Shown in pieces: positions 23,873-35,632 of a DNA stretch of 64,000 nucleotides. The position numbers and the translations under genes are program-made. The notes beneath the pieces were generated by a model. That model was not told the DNA's origin, did no database searches, and worked only from the letters and a program-made list of their open reading frames with translations. The stretch lies in NCBI GenBank assembly GCA_051530055.1, contig CM121342.1, positions 12,477,480 through 12,541,479 on the forward strand, given 5' to 3'. Position 1 is the first letter of the stretch, and each line of letters opens with the position of its first letter. The stretch is from Neoechinorhynchus agilis. Taxonomy: Eukaryota > Animalia > Acanthocephala.

Positions 23873-24597
23873 AAAAATTCTCTGCGATATTCGAATTGCG
23901 AAAATTCCGAAAGGAGATCTCATTTCTTCGCTACTGATTAGCTGATTGAGCACACCGTTTAACCGTACCTTAAAAGATGGACGAAATCTATTGTCCTACC
24001 AAGGATTATTGACTGATACGAATCACTGGCGATCCGAGATCAGGAGCATTCGTCCCAGCAAGCAAAATTGTTTTGTTAAAAACTTCTAACAAGTTGTTGA
24101 TGTTACATGTTGTAGATTCCGACTTGTGATGCCGTCAATGTGAAAGATCAATGAATATTTAAATCAAGAAAATAGCGATTATAATATAAAGGTTCTCATT
24201 AAGTTTATATGTGCAATACAATCATTCATAATCACGTCACTTTTAGCGATTCCCTGCAACTTAAGCCGCATTCACGATCTTCACGCATTAATATTTGATT
24301 CGTATACATTTCTTGGAATTGAGTTGATCTGCTGTTTTGCTGAGAGAATTTAGAATTCTGCTTTTGAACATAAAAATCCGCAACAAGAAACCTTAAGCGT
24401 CCGTTGATGTTAAACTCCAATCGCCTTATGGTCGCTATTTCACCTTTTAAAACAACAGACAGCAATCCGCTCAACATTGTCGATTTATAAGATGGCATAT
24501 ATTAATATATAGGGTTTGTCTACTTGATCAAAATGAAGCAAAATCGCGGGTTTCTGTAATCAAAGTCAAGGTCTCAGATTCCTCGGTTTATCAACTT

Positions 24598-25770
24598 TTT
24601 ATTAAAATTTACAAGTTTTGGAAGGTAATGTTCTGTGTAGCCGCGGTTTTCCTCACGCTGGCAGCATTCCCTCGTTGGACTGTTTGGGAGATGTTTTGTT
24701 TAAGGGATGCTGTCGCACGCGGGTCCCTTTTCATCGCTCTCGACCTCCTTGCTATACCTGAAACCAGCTGAAGTGCGGATTCTCCGAGGGCCCCGAACGT
24801 TTCGATCCCGAAAGGCACAAAATATAAGCTCTCCTTCAGCTCAACGTATTTTGCCGCTTCAAGACGCTCTGCTGCGGTCGCTACAGCACCGGGGACTTTA
24901 CTGGCTAAATCAGCGAACAACCTTGGCCATGGTGTCGGTGCAGGTTGCATCCCATAAGAGGCACTTCCCTCGGCTTCAAGCGAAGACTGACACACTATCT
25001 GGGCGTTTACCACCAGACCTACACAGATTGCTCGGCTCCAAGATGTTTGAAATGTTGATGGAGGTCAGGGCTCTACTCAGGATCGCGTTGGTTTCGGCAT
25101 GTCTAGCGACCGTCCGGCTGACCGAATGCATGATAGAGCATGTAATCTTTGGGAGTCTACTTGCGAGGCACAGCGACATTCGTATGGGAAGCAGATGGGG
25201 GCACCCAATCTCAGAGAAAGCTATCCGGAATGTTTCGTTGTCCAAAAGAGTCCCCAACTTTTCGGCCGGGATAGCTTTCAGCCCGGCGGCGGACTCCTTC
25301 GTAGAGCAAGCCATGTGTTGCGAACGCGACCTCTCGTCCAGTTGGTCTAGAAGTGATTTTTGAACCTTCTGCACCATCGGTAAGTCCCACGATGACTGCT
25401 TTTGGTACTTCTGGAGTATTGTTGCTTGTCCTACTTTAGGGGTCCACAAGGAGAGAGCATTATTAAAATGCTCTTCGTTAGACTCCGGATAGATCTTAAG
25501 GGAGTTCTCTCGACTAGCCGAAATCGAATAAAGAAAGGCCGGCAATGCGACGTCCTCCATGAGTCTGAGTCCTGAACCTCCGTAGTTGGAGGGTAACGTC
25601 ACTTGTTTCTACGAGGAATGGTCGAAATCGATATTTACGATTTGGCTGAGCTTATTCCGAAGAAGATCATCCAGACTCGATAGATCATCCTTGCACGCGA
25701 AGGCGGGTGCAGATCTCAGTCTGTGCAAAACTTTGGGATGTAGAGGCAATTTTTAATCAAAAAACGGCTT
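24598..25770 (-). mobile_element. 5'-truncated CRE-clade non-LTR element (RT thumb plus restriction-like endonuclease)
   Basis: LPSNYGGSGLR..ALPAF, RHAETN, LEPSNLCRSGGKRPD, FVPFGIETFGALG, QRGNAASV; frameshifts. Confidence 0.88.
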
Positions 25771-26619
25771 CGTGAGACTTTAGCTCTGAACATCTATCAC
25801 ATAGTTAAACGTTAAAAATCATCAAGTGTTAAAGTGGCGTAATTTCATGCCGGTTAATAATTTAAACACGGCCACATATACACAATAAAAATTAATTTAA
25901 CACGCACATTGTCCTTATTTTGATACATTTTATCGGAAATTCCGTAAGTCCATCCAAGTACAAGAACAAGAATGGGTGATGGATTAATCACAAGTCTGCC
26001 AGTTTTTCCCTGCTACCTTTAGAGCTAGAAATAGTTAGAAAAAACCCGCACAAATTCGTAAATTGCTTACGGAGAAGTGAGATTCAAAACGTGAGAAGGA
26101 CGATGTTATCGAAGTTGATGGCGATACGCGAAAGTATATCTGTTGGAAATCTTCTTATAGGGTTAACCGCTAATCCTAAGAGCGAGCTGAACTTCAAGAA
26201 ATGCACATTAAAAAAACTAACAGGCAACCTGAAGAAGTCCGACGAGACGGATCAAGAAAGGCAGAGGCTTAGAAATTATTTTACAGAAACAAAGCGAGAA
26301 TCCCAGTCTAAAAACAAGTCTTTCAAGTCGAGTAAATTGTAAATGAATGTACGAATAGTAATTTATTTAGAGAATTTAAATTCGGGTCTAACCCGTGCTT
26401 TTTTCCTTTTTGTATTTATAAAATCGATCATATTATTCACAGCCAAAAAATAATACATTGGAAAAGGATAATAAAGCGATGTTGATTGTAACGAAATTCA
26501 TGTGGATGGCATTTTTTAAAGTAACCGTTCGTTTTGAACTTCGTTTGGTCACTATGATCATGTAGATTTTAAGGGAACGTTTTTAACTTCCTTGGTCGTT
26601 CAAATCCTTTTCCGTTAAT

Positions 26620-27900
26620 CAATTAAGACAGTCTAACTCGCTCAAATCATATATTAACCATAATTTATAACGTGATCCGTTTTTACCTCGTTCAGCGCGA
26701 CAATCGACGCGTATCTGAGCGCTTATGTTCGTCAAATCTCGTCTTAGGATTTCAGCTTGTTTGGCGAGTGTAACTGCTGTTTCAATGGCTACAAGAAACT
26801 TTGTAGACAACAGCCTTTTCTCTATTTCATGGTATTTCCGGCAAAATTATGTTCCCCATTGTCATGGAGGGTCGGAAGTCGAATTGACATTTTATTGACA
26901 GACGGCTTCTCTTAACGATCTTTGAGATTTTGTTTCGCCAAAGTTGGTCTGTGGGCCTATGTCCGAAAAACCAATTCGTATTTCCATTCTGGCTCGCAGT
27001 CATTTCGTTTGAGTAAGTGTATCTTGCATGGTCCGCTTGCTGAAGCGCTGAATAAGGGCATTTCTTGGATATTTTAATTGAATTTAAAAAGATGTAAAGA
27101 ATTGATATTAAGAGCTAAAATACGCCTAAACTTTCCTTATCGAACGAAACTTTCATTTTGGGTTTGTCAGTCTTATTCCGTACTTTCCTTGAACGCTTTC
27201 TAATTCCCATCTTGGCTACTCGTTGTGTCGATCAATGTTAATTTTCTCGTAGAAGAAACTTCATTTATATCTTTGATTTCTAACGAACAAATTAGCAATT
27301 TTTGTCGATCGAATATCGAACTTTTCGCAATTTTTTGCTCTTCATTGCTTTTTTCTTGAATTCTCTTCTAATACACAAGATGACAACTCGTTATATCTAT
27401 CGATCCTACTGTTTCCGTTTAAGAAATTATCTTAAACCCGATGCCTTTCAACAAACGAACTATCACCTTTTTTATCAATCGAGTCTTACTTTTTGTGTTG
27501 TTTACTCATTGTTTGCCTTTTTATTGCACGTTTTGCGGGCACCCACATTGACCAGTCGTTTTGTCGATCACGCCATTTTCGATCGAAAATTATTATTTAC
27601 ATCCTGCCTATTTTTCCTACCCTACATATATTAGGCTGTGAAAAATATCCTCAATAGCATTTGATATCTTCTAGCTGTTAAATTCGAATGCTTAGGTTTT
27701 TCTGTGTCACCTTTTGTGGCGAAGAATTTTGTTCCGTTGATTGTGGAAGCCTTTATCTATGCGATACTGGTGCTCTTTGCAATCTTGTCAAGTGATCCAG
27801 TTCTTTTGATCATTACAAAGTGAGTTAGTTTGAGGGATAAATAATCTGAAATGCTGCTAAACCTTCACGATATTTGTTAATAGTTTATTCTTTCTAAAAT
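26620..27900 (-). mobile_element. Decayed Penelope-like element: thumb, linker and GIY-YIG remnant (left arm)
   Basis: Mirror of 48840-49700; EKAVVYKVSCSH*NSSYTRQTS*NPK.RFDEHKR near 26820-26720. Confidence 0.7.
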
Positions 27901-27919
27901 TGAAATTTAAATCAATTTA

Positions 27920-29365
27920 TCATCTTCCAATGCCGAAATGAAAAAGTTTTGATATCGTGAAATTGCTATTTAAGGCTACAGCCTTTTTCAGCTCCTTTCT
28001 CGGTGAAACTCCGCTCGGAAATTCCTCTTTTGGACGCTTCTCCACTATCCTTTTTCCCTTCCATTCGTACGGATAATTGATAGAGGGAATGAAGAAGGTT
28101 GAAAAATGATCAAGAAGAGAATTAACAATTCCTTCATGAGACATTTGAGCTCGTGAACGCGTGGAATTTAAAAGGGCAAGATTTTCCTTGATTTTGGTAT
28201 CGATCCACACAAAGGAGGTTTTGTCCAAAGAGATGAGAAAGCTTGAATAAAGTTTCCTAAGTGGTGGAAGTACAATATCGACGGACAATTTGTTTCCCGT
28301 AAGATTAAGAACGTTAAGATTTTCTAAGAATATAAAGGCATCATCCGGAATGGATTTGAGTTGGTTATTTGCAAGATCCAGGGATTGCAATCCTCGCCAG
28401 TGTGAGAAATCTGATTGCACTATTTTTATGATCGAATTACTGGCCAGTGACATGATCCTAATAGTATTATTAGTAAGTTGACCTCCTCGAGGGAACACTT
28501 TCAAATGTCCATCAACAAATTTTAAGGTTTGTAGATTGTTAAGAGTATCATTCAACTTGGATGCATCATATCTGTGGTCAACTGAATTTTCAATAGTTAT
28601 TGTTTCCATGCTTGAAATCTTCTGCAAAACTTGCATTCCATGATCAATCATAGATAGCAAAGAAATGTGAATTTCTTTAAGATTACCTAATTTAAGCCCT
28701 TGTTCAATATTCACTGCGAAAATGTGATTGTCTAAAGCAGAAAGTATCTCTAAACTCTCAAAGCAACTTCTTGATGAGAACCGTAATATTTCAATCAGGT
28801 TTTGGTCGAGGTAAAGTTCTCTTAGTTTGCAAAAGTCAACAAGTTCATCCAAAGCACTCAAATGGTTTCTTCTAAGATCGAGTATTTCTAATTGAGGCAG
28901 CATCGTTCCCAATTTGTTGTCGAGATGGATGATATTGCTTTCCGTCAGATGGAGTTCCTTCGTTAGACATTCGTGATGCAGACTGATGTTCGGAATGTCC
29001 ATCTGAGTCACGTACACTGCTTTCACGTTGCTAATAAAATCGATCGATTGGTAGAATGGAATAGCATTGTAATGTTTTACGAATAAGTAGGTTAAATTAG
29101 GAAATACGCGTTTTAAATTTATTGGAATGTCGTCAATTGAAACTCCAGATAAGAATAGTACATAGACGTGAGCTTCGTCGACTCCATGAATTGCATCAGT
29201 TAAGTTTGGAAGTACATTACCGGAATTCGAACTACTAAAATCACAATTTATCATAATTATATCGGCTGTATTGTATATTATTTCACATTTGTCAACCGGT
29301 TTCCTATTCGACTGATTTAAGAATTCGAGAATAAAGAGAAGTTGTGAAACGGATAACATCTCCAC
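27920..29365 (-). CDS. Leucine-rich repeat protein (extracellular Toll/Slit-type LRRs), copy A; first ATG at 29359
   Basis: LEILDLRRNHLSAL, LRELYLDQNLIEIL, LQSLDLANNQLKSIPDDAFIFLENLNVLNLTGNKL; N-terminal hydrophobic stretch and a Cys pair; no LRRCT, TM or TIR recognised. Confidence 0.9.
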   Translation of the reverse strand: MEMLSVSQLLFILEFLNQSNRKPVDKCEIIYNTADIIMINCDFSSSNSGNVLPNLTDAIHGVDEAHVYVLFLSGVSIDDIPINLKRVFPNLTYLFVKHYNAIPFYQSIDFISNVKAVYVTQMDIPNISLHHECLTKELHLTESNIIHLDNKLGTMLPQLEILDLRRNHLSALDELVDFCKLRELYLDQNLIEILRFSSRSCFESLEILSALDNHIFAVNIEQGLKLGNLKEIHISLLSMIDHGMQVLQKISSMETITIENSVDHRYDASKLNDTLNNLQTLKFVDGHLKVFPRGGQLTNNTIRIMSLASNSIIKIVQSDFSHWRGLQSLDLANNQLKSIPDDAFIFLENLNVLNLTGNKLSVDIVLPPLRKLYSSFLISLDKTSFVWIDTKIKENLALLNSTRSRAQMSHEGIVNSLLDHFSTFFIPSINYPYEWKGKRIVEKRPKEEFPSGVSPRKELKKAVALNSNFTISKLFHFGIGR

Positions 29366-29374
29366 GGTTACTTT

Positions 29375-29793
29375 TTAAGCTCTTACTAAACTCGCTTATG
29401 CGTTTTATATTGCAGTTTTTCTCAACGTCAAAGGTAAATGCAGACTTTCCACGGGTGAATTAAGCACAACTTATGCACAGAGTTGTGGTACGCGCCCTAA
29501 AACTCACAATATGACTTCCCGTGGTCTATGAATCTGTCAAATGAATACGTTGACTAAACCTAAAACGTATGGTTAGAACTTACTTTTCAGAGCTATGAAA
29601 ATCCAAACCATCAATGCACCGCAAACAGGTAGTGACATCGCCGTGAAGTTTCAAGAAAGTCGTCTCTCACTCAAGCATGTAGACGCCGGCGAATTTCGGA
29701 GTCAATGGCAAGCCCACCGCTAACTCATCTGTTTGATCGAAGAACGTGATTTCGAATTCAAATGAGGTCATACTCGTGAACCGTTAAATTGGG
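29375..29793 (-). mobile_element. Decayed PLE RT motifs B'-C-D (left arm)
   Basis: Reverse complement of 46960-47380. Confidence 0.75.
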
Positions 29794-30936
29794 GCAATGA
29801 TTGGTGATTCGGCCCATAATTCAATCGTTTTAGACTGTGGGGCATTGGTTAAGAGAGCACTAACATCTACTGCGAACATTCTACATTGCTCGACGTTTAG
29901 TTTCTCGATTTGAACCGTAAACGTTGGGCCGTACCTAATGTGCAATGTGGCCGTTGCAATGATTTAGGATTCGGCCGATAATTCAATCGTTTTAGACTTT
30001 GGGGCATTGATGAAGAGAGCATTAACATCAACTACAGACATTCTATATCGCACGGCGTTTAATTCATCTATTTCACGCGCAAACGTTGGGCCGCACCAAA
30101 TGTGCAATGTGACTATCTCAAGGATTCGTGATTCGGTCCATAATTCAATCGTTTTAGATTGTGGGGCATTGGTAAATAGAGCACTAACATCTACTGCGAA
30201 TATTCTACATTGCTCGACGTTTAGTTTCTCGATTTAAACCGTAAACGTTGGGCCGTACCTAATGTGCAATGTGGTCGTTGCAATGATTTAGGATTCGGCC
30301 GATAATTAAATCGTTTTAGACTTTGGGGCATTGATGAAGAGAGCATTAACATCAACTACAGACCTTCTATATTGCACGGCGTTTAATTCATCTATTTCAC
30401 CCGCAAACGTTGGGCCGCCCTAAATGTGCAATGTGACTATCTCAAGGATTCGTGATTCGGTCCATAATTCAATCGTTTTAGACTGTGGGGCATTGGTAAA
30501 GAGAGCACTAACATCTACTGCGAACATTCTACATTGCTCGACGTTTAGTTTCTCGATTTAAACCGTAAACGTTGGGCCGTACCTAATGTGCAATGTGGCC
30601 GTTGCAATGATTTAGGATTTGGCCGATAATTCAATCGTTTTTGACTGTGGGGCATTGGTTAAGAGAACATTAACATCAACTGCATACATTCTATATTGCT
30701 CGACGTTTAGTTTCTCGATTTGAATCGTAAATTTAGGGCCGTACCTAATGTGCAATGTGGCTGTTGCAATGATTTAGGATTCGGCCGATAATTCAATCGT
30801 TTTAGACCGTGGGGCATTGATGAAGATAGCATTAAACATCAAGTACAGACCTTCTATATTGAACGGCGTTTAATTAATCTATTTCACGCGCAAACGTTGG
30901 GCCGCCCTGAATGTGCAATGTGACTGTCTCAACGAT
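29794..30936 (-). repeat. 162-bp satellite array, ~7 monomers, derived from PLE RT
   Basis: cgtttt anchor at 29826, 29988, 30150, 30312, 30474, 30636 and 30798; truncated at 30936 by a LINE. Confidence 0.97.
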
Positions 30937-33380
30937 CTCCGGTTATTAAGGAAAGATTGGGCTTGGGGAAAGAAAGATTTTTGGTAGAGGGTGGTACGAG
31001 CGAGCGGGATGAAAAAGGTTGGGGTTACGGGTGTTTACGAAGGAAGAGTATTTAGAGATGAAGGAAGAAAATTGTGGAAGTGGTTGGAGTAGACGGAGGG
31101 CGTTTTTGGGGAAAATGGAGTGGAGGTGGGCGTCGAGGGGAGGGAGTGAAGTCCCGCTTATTCTAGCTGCTCTATTGTGGAAGGTATCGAGGGAATGGAG
31201 AGCATTGACGGAAAGGGAGAGGAAAGTGGGGACAGCGTATGTAAGGATAGGAAGCATGACAGAAAGATAAAGTGAGCAGGGTGTTTAGGGGATACGCCGA
31301 GACGCCGGAGGAGTTTGAGAAGGTAAAGACGAGGGCTTGCTTTTGAGAAGGTAAATGAAATGTGGGCATCCCATTTAAGGTTTTCTTGGAAAGTCATGCC
31401 CAGTATTCGGAGAGAAGTGGAGCGTTGGGTGGGGAGAGGGAGAGGCGCAGGGATAAGATTGCGCTTGGAGATGTGGGGGACAAGCTCAAAAGATTTGGAT
31501 AAATTTAGGGAGAGGTTTAGGGTGGAGGGCGAGGAAATGAGATGGTTGATCTCGTCCATGGTTGTGGAGAGGGAGCGAGAGGGAGATGCGATGGTAATGA
31601 CTGTGTGTCATCCGTGTAAAGAAAATATTTGGTAGAGGGAGCAAGGGGATGGAGGTCATTTAGAAAAATGCCAATGAGAAGAGGGGAAAGTACGGCGCCT
31701 TGGGGGACCCCTTTAAATATGGGCAGAGAGGAAGAACATGGAGCTCCACATTGGATATATTGTTCGCGGTTGGAGCGGAAAGAGGAAATCCAAGCGACTC
31801 AAACGCTCTGGAAATATCCAGTTGCACGAGACCGGCGGTTGATGCTAGACTGGAATTAAAGCTGCGTACAAGATGCAGAGGAGAACATTTTACGGAAGAA
31901 GGGAAGTAGGAGGGTTTTAAAACATTTTTCTAAGATTTTTGAGAAAGGTGAGAGGATAGAGATGGGACGAAAGGATGTGGGGGAAATCGGCTTGTCGTTT
32001 TTGGGTAGGGGCACGACACGGGCTTCCATAAGACACGATGGCAAAGAGCTCAGTAGAAAGCTAAGGTTCGTTATGTGCATTAGAGTATCGATAAGTTCCG
32101 GGATGGTGAGACGAATGGTCCAATTTGGGATAGTCGAATTATAGGAAGATTTGCGGGACAGGCGTTTTAGGATCCCTAGGATTTCGAGAGGGGAAACTAA
32201 GAAAGGGCATGTATGAATGGGCGGATCAGAAGGTGAGAAGGGAGGTTGGGACCGTGGAGAGGTTTTTATTCATGGTGTTGAGGATTGAGAGGAGATCAGA
32301 TTTGGGGAGAGATGCGAAACAGGTGGATCTAACAAGACCAGTGACATTTTTTATTTCACGCCACCAGTTTCGATAGGGGGCGGACGAAAGACGAGATGAG
32401 AATAATAATTTGCGGGCTATACGGATTCGTTTTGTCAGTGTGGAGTGGAGGGAGGGGTAAGCAGGATTATCTGACCGGAAAGCTTTGGTGACCTGGATTT
32501 GAAGGGTTTTTAGAAAAGGCGAGAACCATGGAGGGTCGCGGTTCGAGATTCGTATTGTTTTGCGAGGAAAGGAGACCTTCATCGCAAATTCTATTAGATT
32601 TAACAAAGAGCCCATTGCAATCGAGGGGTCGGGCCAAAGATGATAGAGCGGTTTTGCGCGATAAGAGAATTGACACATGCGGCAAATGCGTGGGTATGAT
32701 GATCACGCTTATCCCAGACAACGTAGGGATAGAAAAAGGAACGTTTTTGAGGTGATGTGGGGGAGAGAAGGATGGAACAATGGTCAGACGAGGCGATCGG
32801 GGGAAGTTCGGTAGTGCACGATTATTGCCTGATGTTTGAGAAAATTTGATCAAGGCGACAGGAGAAGCGTGTAGGGAAGGTAACGAGTTGGGAGAGACAA
32901 GAGAGCGAGTGCGGGATCGGTAGTTTGTTAAAATCGCCCAACATGATGAAGTGATCGGGGGCAGTGGAAAGTAGGTCAGTAAATAGGTGGTCTATTTGTT
33001 GAAGTGTGTTGGGGATGTTTGAGGAAGGAGGGTGATAAAGGCCAGCGATAGAAATCTCACGTTGGCCATTGCAGAGGGGGAGATAAAGTTGGATGTGAAG
33101 CCATTCAGCATCGTCGGAGATGAAAAGGTAGGGTGAAGAGCAATGGTAAGGGAGAGAGGCGCGGATGAAGATCGATATGATTCCCCCGCTTCGGAAGTCC
33201 CTTGTAGGGTGAATAGCTTGAAAGTTTGAAAGGAAGGCAGATAATTTGCTATGGGGTGAGAGCCATGTTTCCGTGATTACAAGGATGTCGACGTTGCAAG
33301 AAGAGGCAACTATATGGAGCTCATCCAGTTTGGGGAGGATGCTGCGGATGTTAGAATAAAAGATTATTGGAAAGGGATAA
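30937..33380 (-). mobile_element. L2/CR1-group LINE ORF2 remnant (APE-RT), decayed
   Basis: YSNIRSILPKLDEL, DILVITETWL, GLYHPP, GDFN, LDQIFSN; RT ARVVPLPK..SFRPISILSPFSKILEK, GVPQGAVLSPLL, LRILGMTFQENLKWDAHI. Confidence 0.88.
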
Positions 33381-35630
33381 GCCACTTACTCATGGTAGCA
33401 ACACCCTATGGACTCTACATATATACTAGAATGCCATTCGGCATCAAGAATGCTCCAAAACTTTTCCAGAGATTTATTGATGGGGCTATAAAGAATATTC
33501 CCAATGTGGGGGCTTATATCGACGATATAATTTGGTCAGGAGCATTTAAAAAATTTGCATTGCGTAATGGAACGACTGCAGGCAGTTGGGATGCGAATCG
33601 AGGCAAAGAAATGTAAGATTTGGCAAACTAGTGTTGAATATTTGGGACATCGTATTGAAGGCAGAAAAATTCAGCCGACGAGAAAAAAAGTTATGGATTT
33701 GGTGAACGCTCCACCTCCACGAAATGTAAAGGATTTGAAAAGCTTTCTAGGAATGATTAATTTTCAGGAAAGATACATCCCTAACTTGCACTCCATATGT
33801 GCGCCGCTGCATACTTTGACTCGAAAGGGTATAAGATATAGATGAGAAAGAGACACGATTGCCTGTTTGTTATGCTTCGAGAGTTTTGAGCAAAGCCGAG
33901 AAGAACTATGCGACAATAGATAAAGAGGCAGTAGCCGTTATTTTCGCACTAAAAAGGTTCCACATGTATATATTCGGTACACAATTCCGATTGGAAACCG
34001 ATCACAAACCACTTGAATACATTTTTGGTAATAAGCGAGAGTTATCTAAGATAACGAGTCAGAGGCTGGCACGATGGGTTACGATATTGGGTCAGTATGA
34101 TTATACGATTCAAGCGATCAAAGGGGTAAATAACGTGATTGCCGATTGTTTATCGAGACTGGCCGCAAAAGATGATGCCGAAAAATTAGCGAGGAGCGAT
34201 CCTGAAATAGATATGATAAAGGAAATAAAGATCGATAGAATCGAGTTATCCGAAACAGTAATTCGAGAGGAAACGAGCAAAGACCAGCAGTTAAAGCGGA
34301 TCAGACGATATATTCGATACGGCTGGCCTAAATTAGTGAAATCTGAAGATGCAACCATGTTCAGGAGAACAGAGGAGATAAGCGATTCTAAAGGTATCCT
34401 AATGTTACTCGACCGAATGGTCATACCTGCAAAGTTAATAGCGTCCTGAATATACTTTACGAAGATCATCCAGGTCGAGACGCAATGGTCGCGTTGGCAA
34501 GACATTATGTATACTGACCAAATATAGACGCTGATGTTAAAAGAAAAGTAAGTCTTTGCGACGCGTGCCAGCGAGGTCGACAGAATAACCAAGAATTACC
34601 TTTAATAATGTGGGACTGGCCTGGTAAGCCGTGGCATCGATTGCATATAGACTTAGCTGGACCAGTTCGAGGAAACAGTTTCCTAGTGTGTGTGTCGATG
34701 CTTGCACAAAATAGCCAGAGGTGTGGAAGATGGAAAAAGAAACGACGACCAGGAGCATTCTAGTGAAACTCGAAGTGTTTTGCACGATTTGGAGTGCCAC
34801 ATTCGATCGTCTCTGACAACGGACCGCAATTTATATCAAATGAGTTCCGAAACTTCTGCAGAAAGCATCAAATCAAGCACATAAGATCGAGTCCCTACCA
34901 TTCCCCCCAACGGATTGGCCGAAAGGTTCATTGGAACATTAAAAAGAAGAACCGAAGGTTTGAGAACAAATTAAAGCACTGTACTGGAGTTTTTGCAGGC
35001 ACATCGAAGTACACCTCATGTGTCGACTGGAGTTGAACCAGCGAAAATAATGACAGGTAGACGACTACGAACGATGCTCGACAATGTTAAACCGTCTATG
35101 CAAGGTCGAATGGAAGATCGAAACAAGAAACATGAACAAGATTCGTGGGAGAATAGAACAATGCGTGTTTTCGGAGAAAGTGAACCGGTATGGTACAAGA
35201 GGAATAAAGAAGATAATTGGATGAAGGGAAGGATAAAGAAAATGAATAGTCCGGTGTCTTATACAATAACCGGAAACCACGGAGGAGAGCGACGATGTCA
35301 TGGTGACTATATCCGAAAACGAGAAATCTCAATGAGCAAAGAAGAGCAAGAAGTAGGTAAGTGCGACAAGACTCGAGAAATCGACGAATCCAAGGTCAAA
35401 GAAGAACCAAAGATTACAAGCGAGGAACAAAACGAACCGGAACCAGCGGAATTGAGACGCGGGACACCAATACGAAGACAAACCATCAGACTTTTCGATG
35501 AGTACTTGGGTCGCAGAGGGGAAGGAGATGTGGTAGAACGTCAGTGATACGCATAGTACGATCGATAGTGTGTAGTGCATGTACGTTTGAACATTGTGGT
35601 TTGACACTTAGGAACGGATAATTGGTCACT
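33381..35630 (+). mobile_element. 5'-truncated Ty3/Gypsy (Mag-like) element: RT C-part, RNase H, integrase, PPT and partial 3' LTR from 35529
   Basis: RMPFGIKNAPKLFQ, YIDD, PVCYASRVL..AEKNYATIDKEA, TDHKPL, GWP, SDNGPQF.S.EF, TPH..TG..PA; PPT gaggggaaggaga followed by TG. Confidence 0.9.
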
Positions 35631-35632
35631 CC

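Larger units (their letters stand above)
26224..30936 (-). repeat. Left arm of a large inverted duplication (partner ~45490-50058)
   Basis: Reverse complement of the right arm from gcaacctgaagaagtccg (26224 / 50058) to the satellite; carries ~480 bp (27106-27587) absent from the right arm. Confidence 0.95.
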
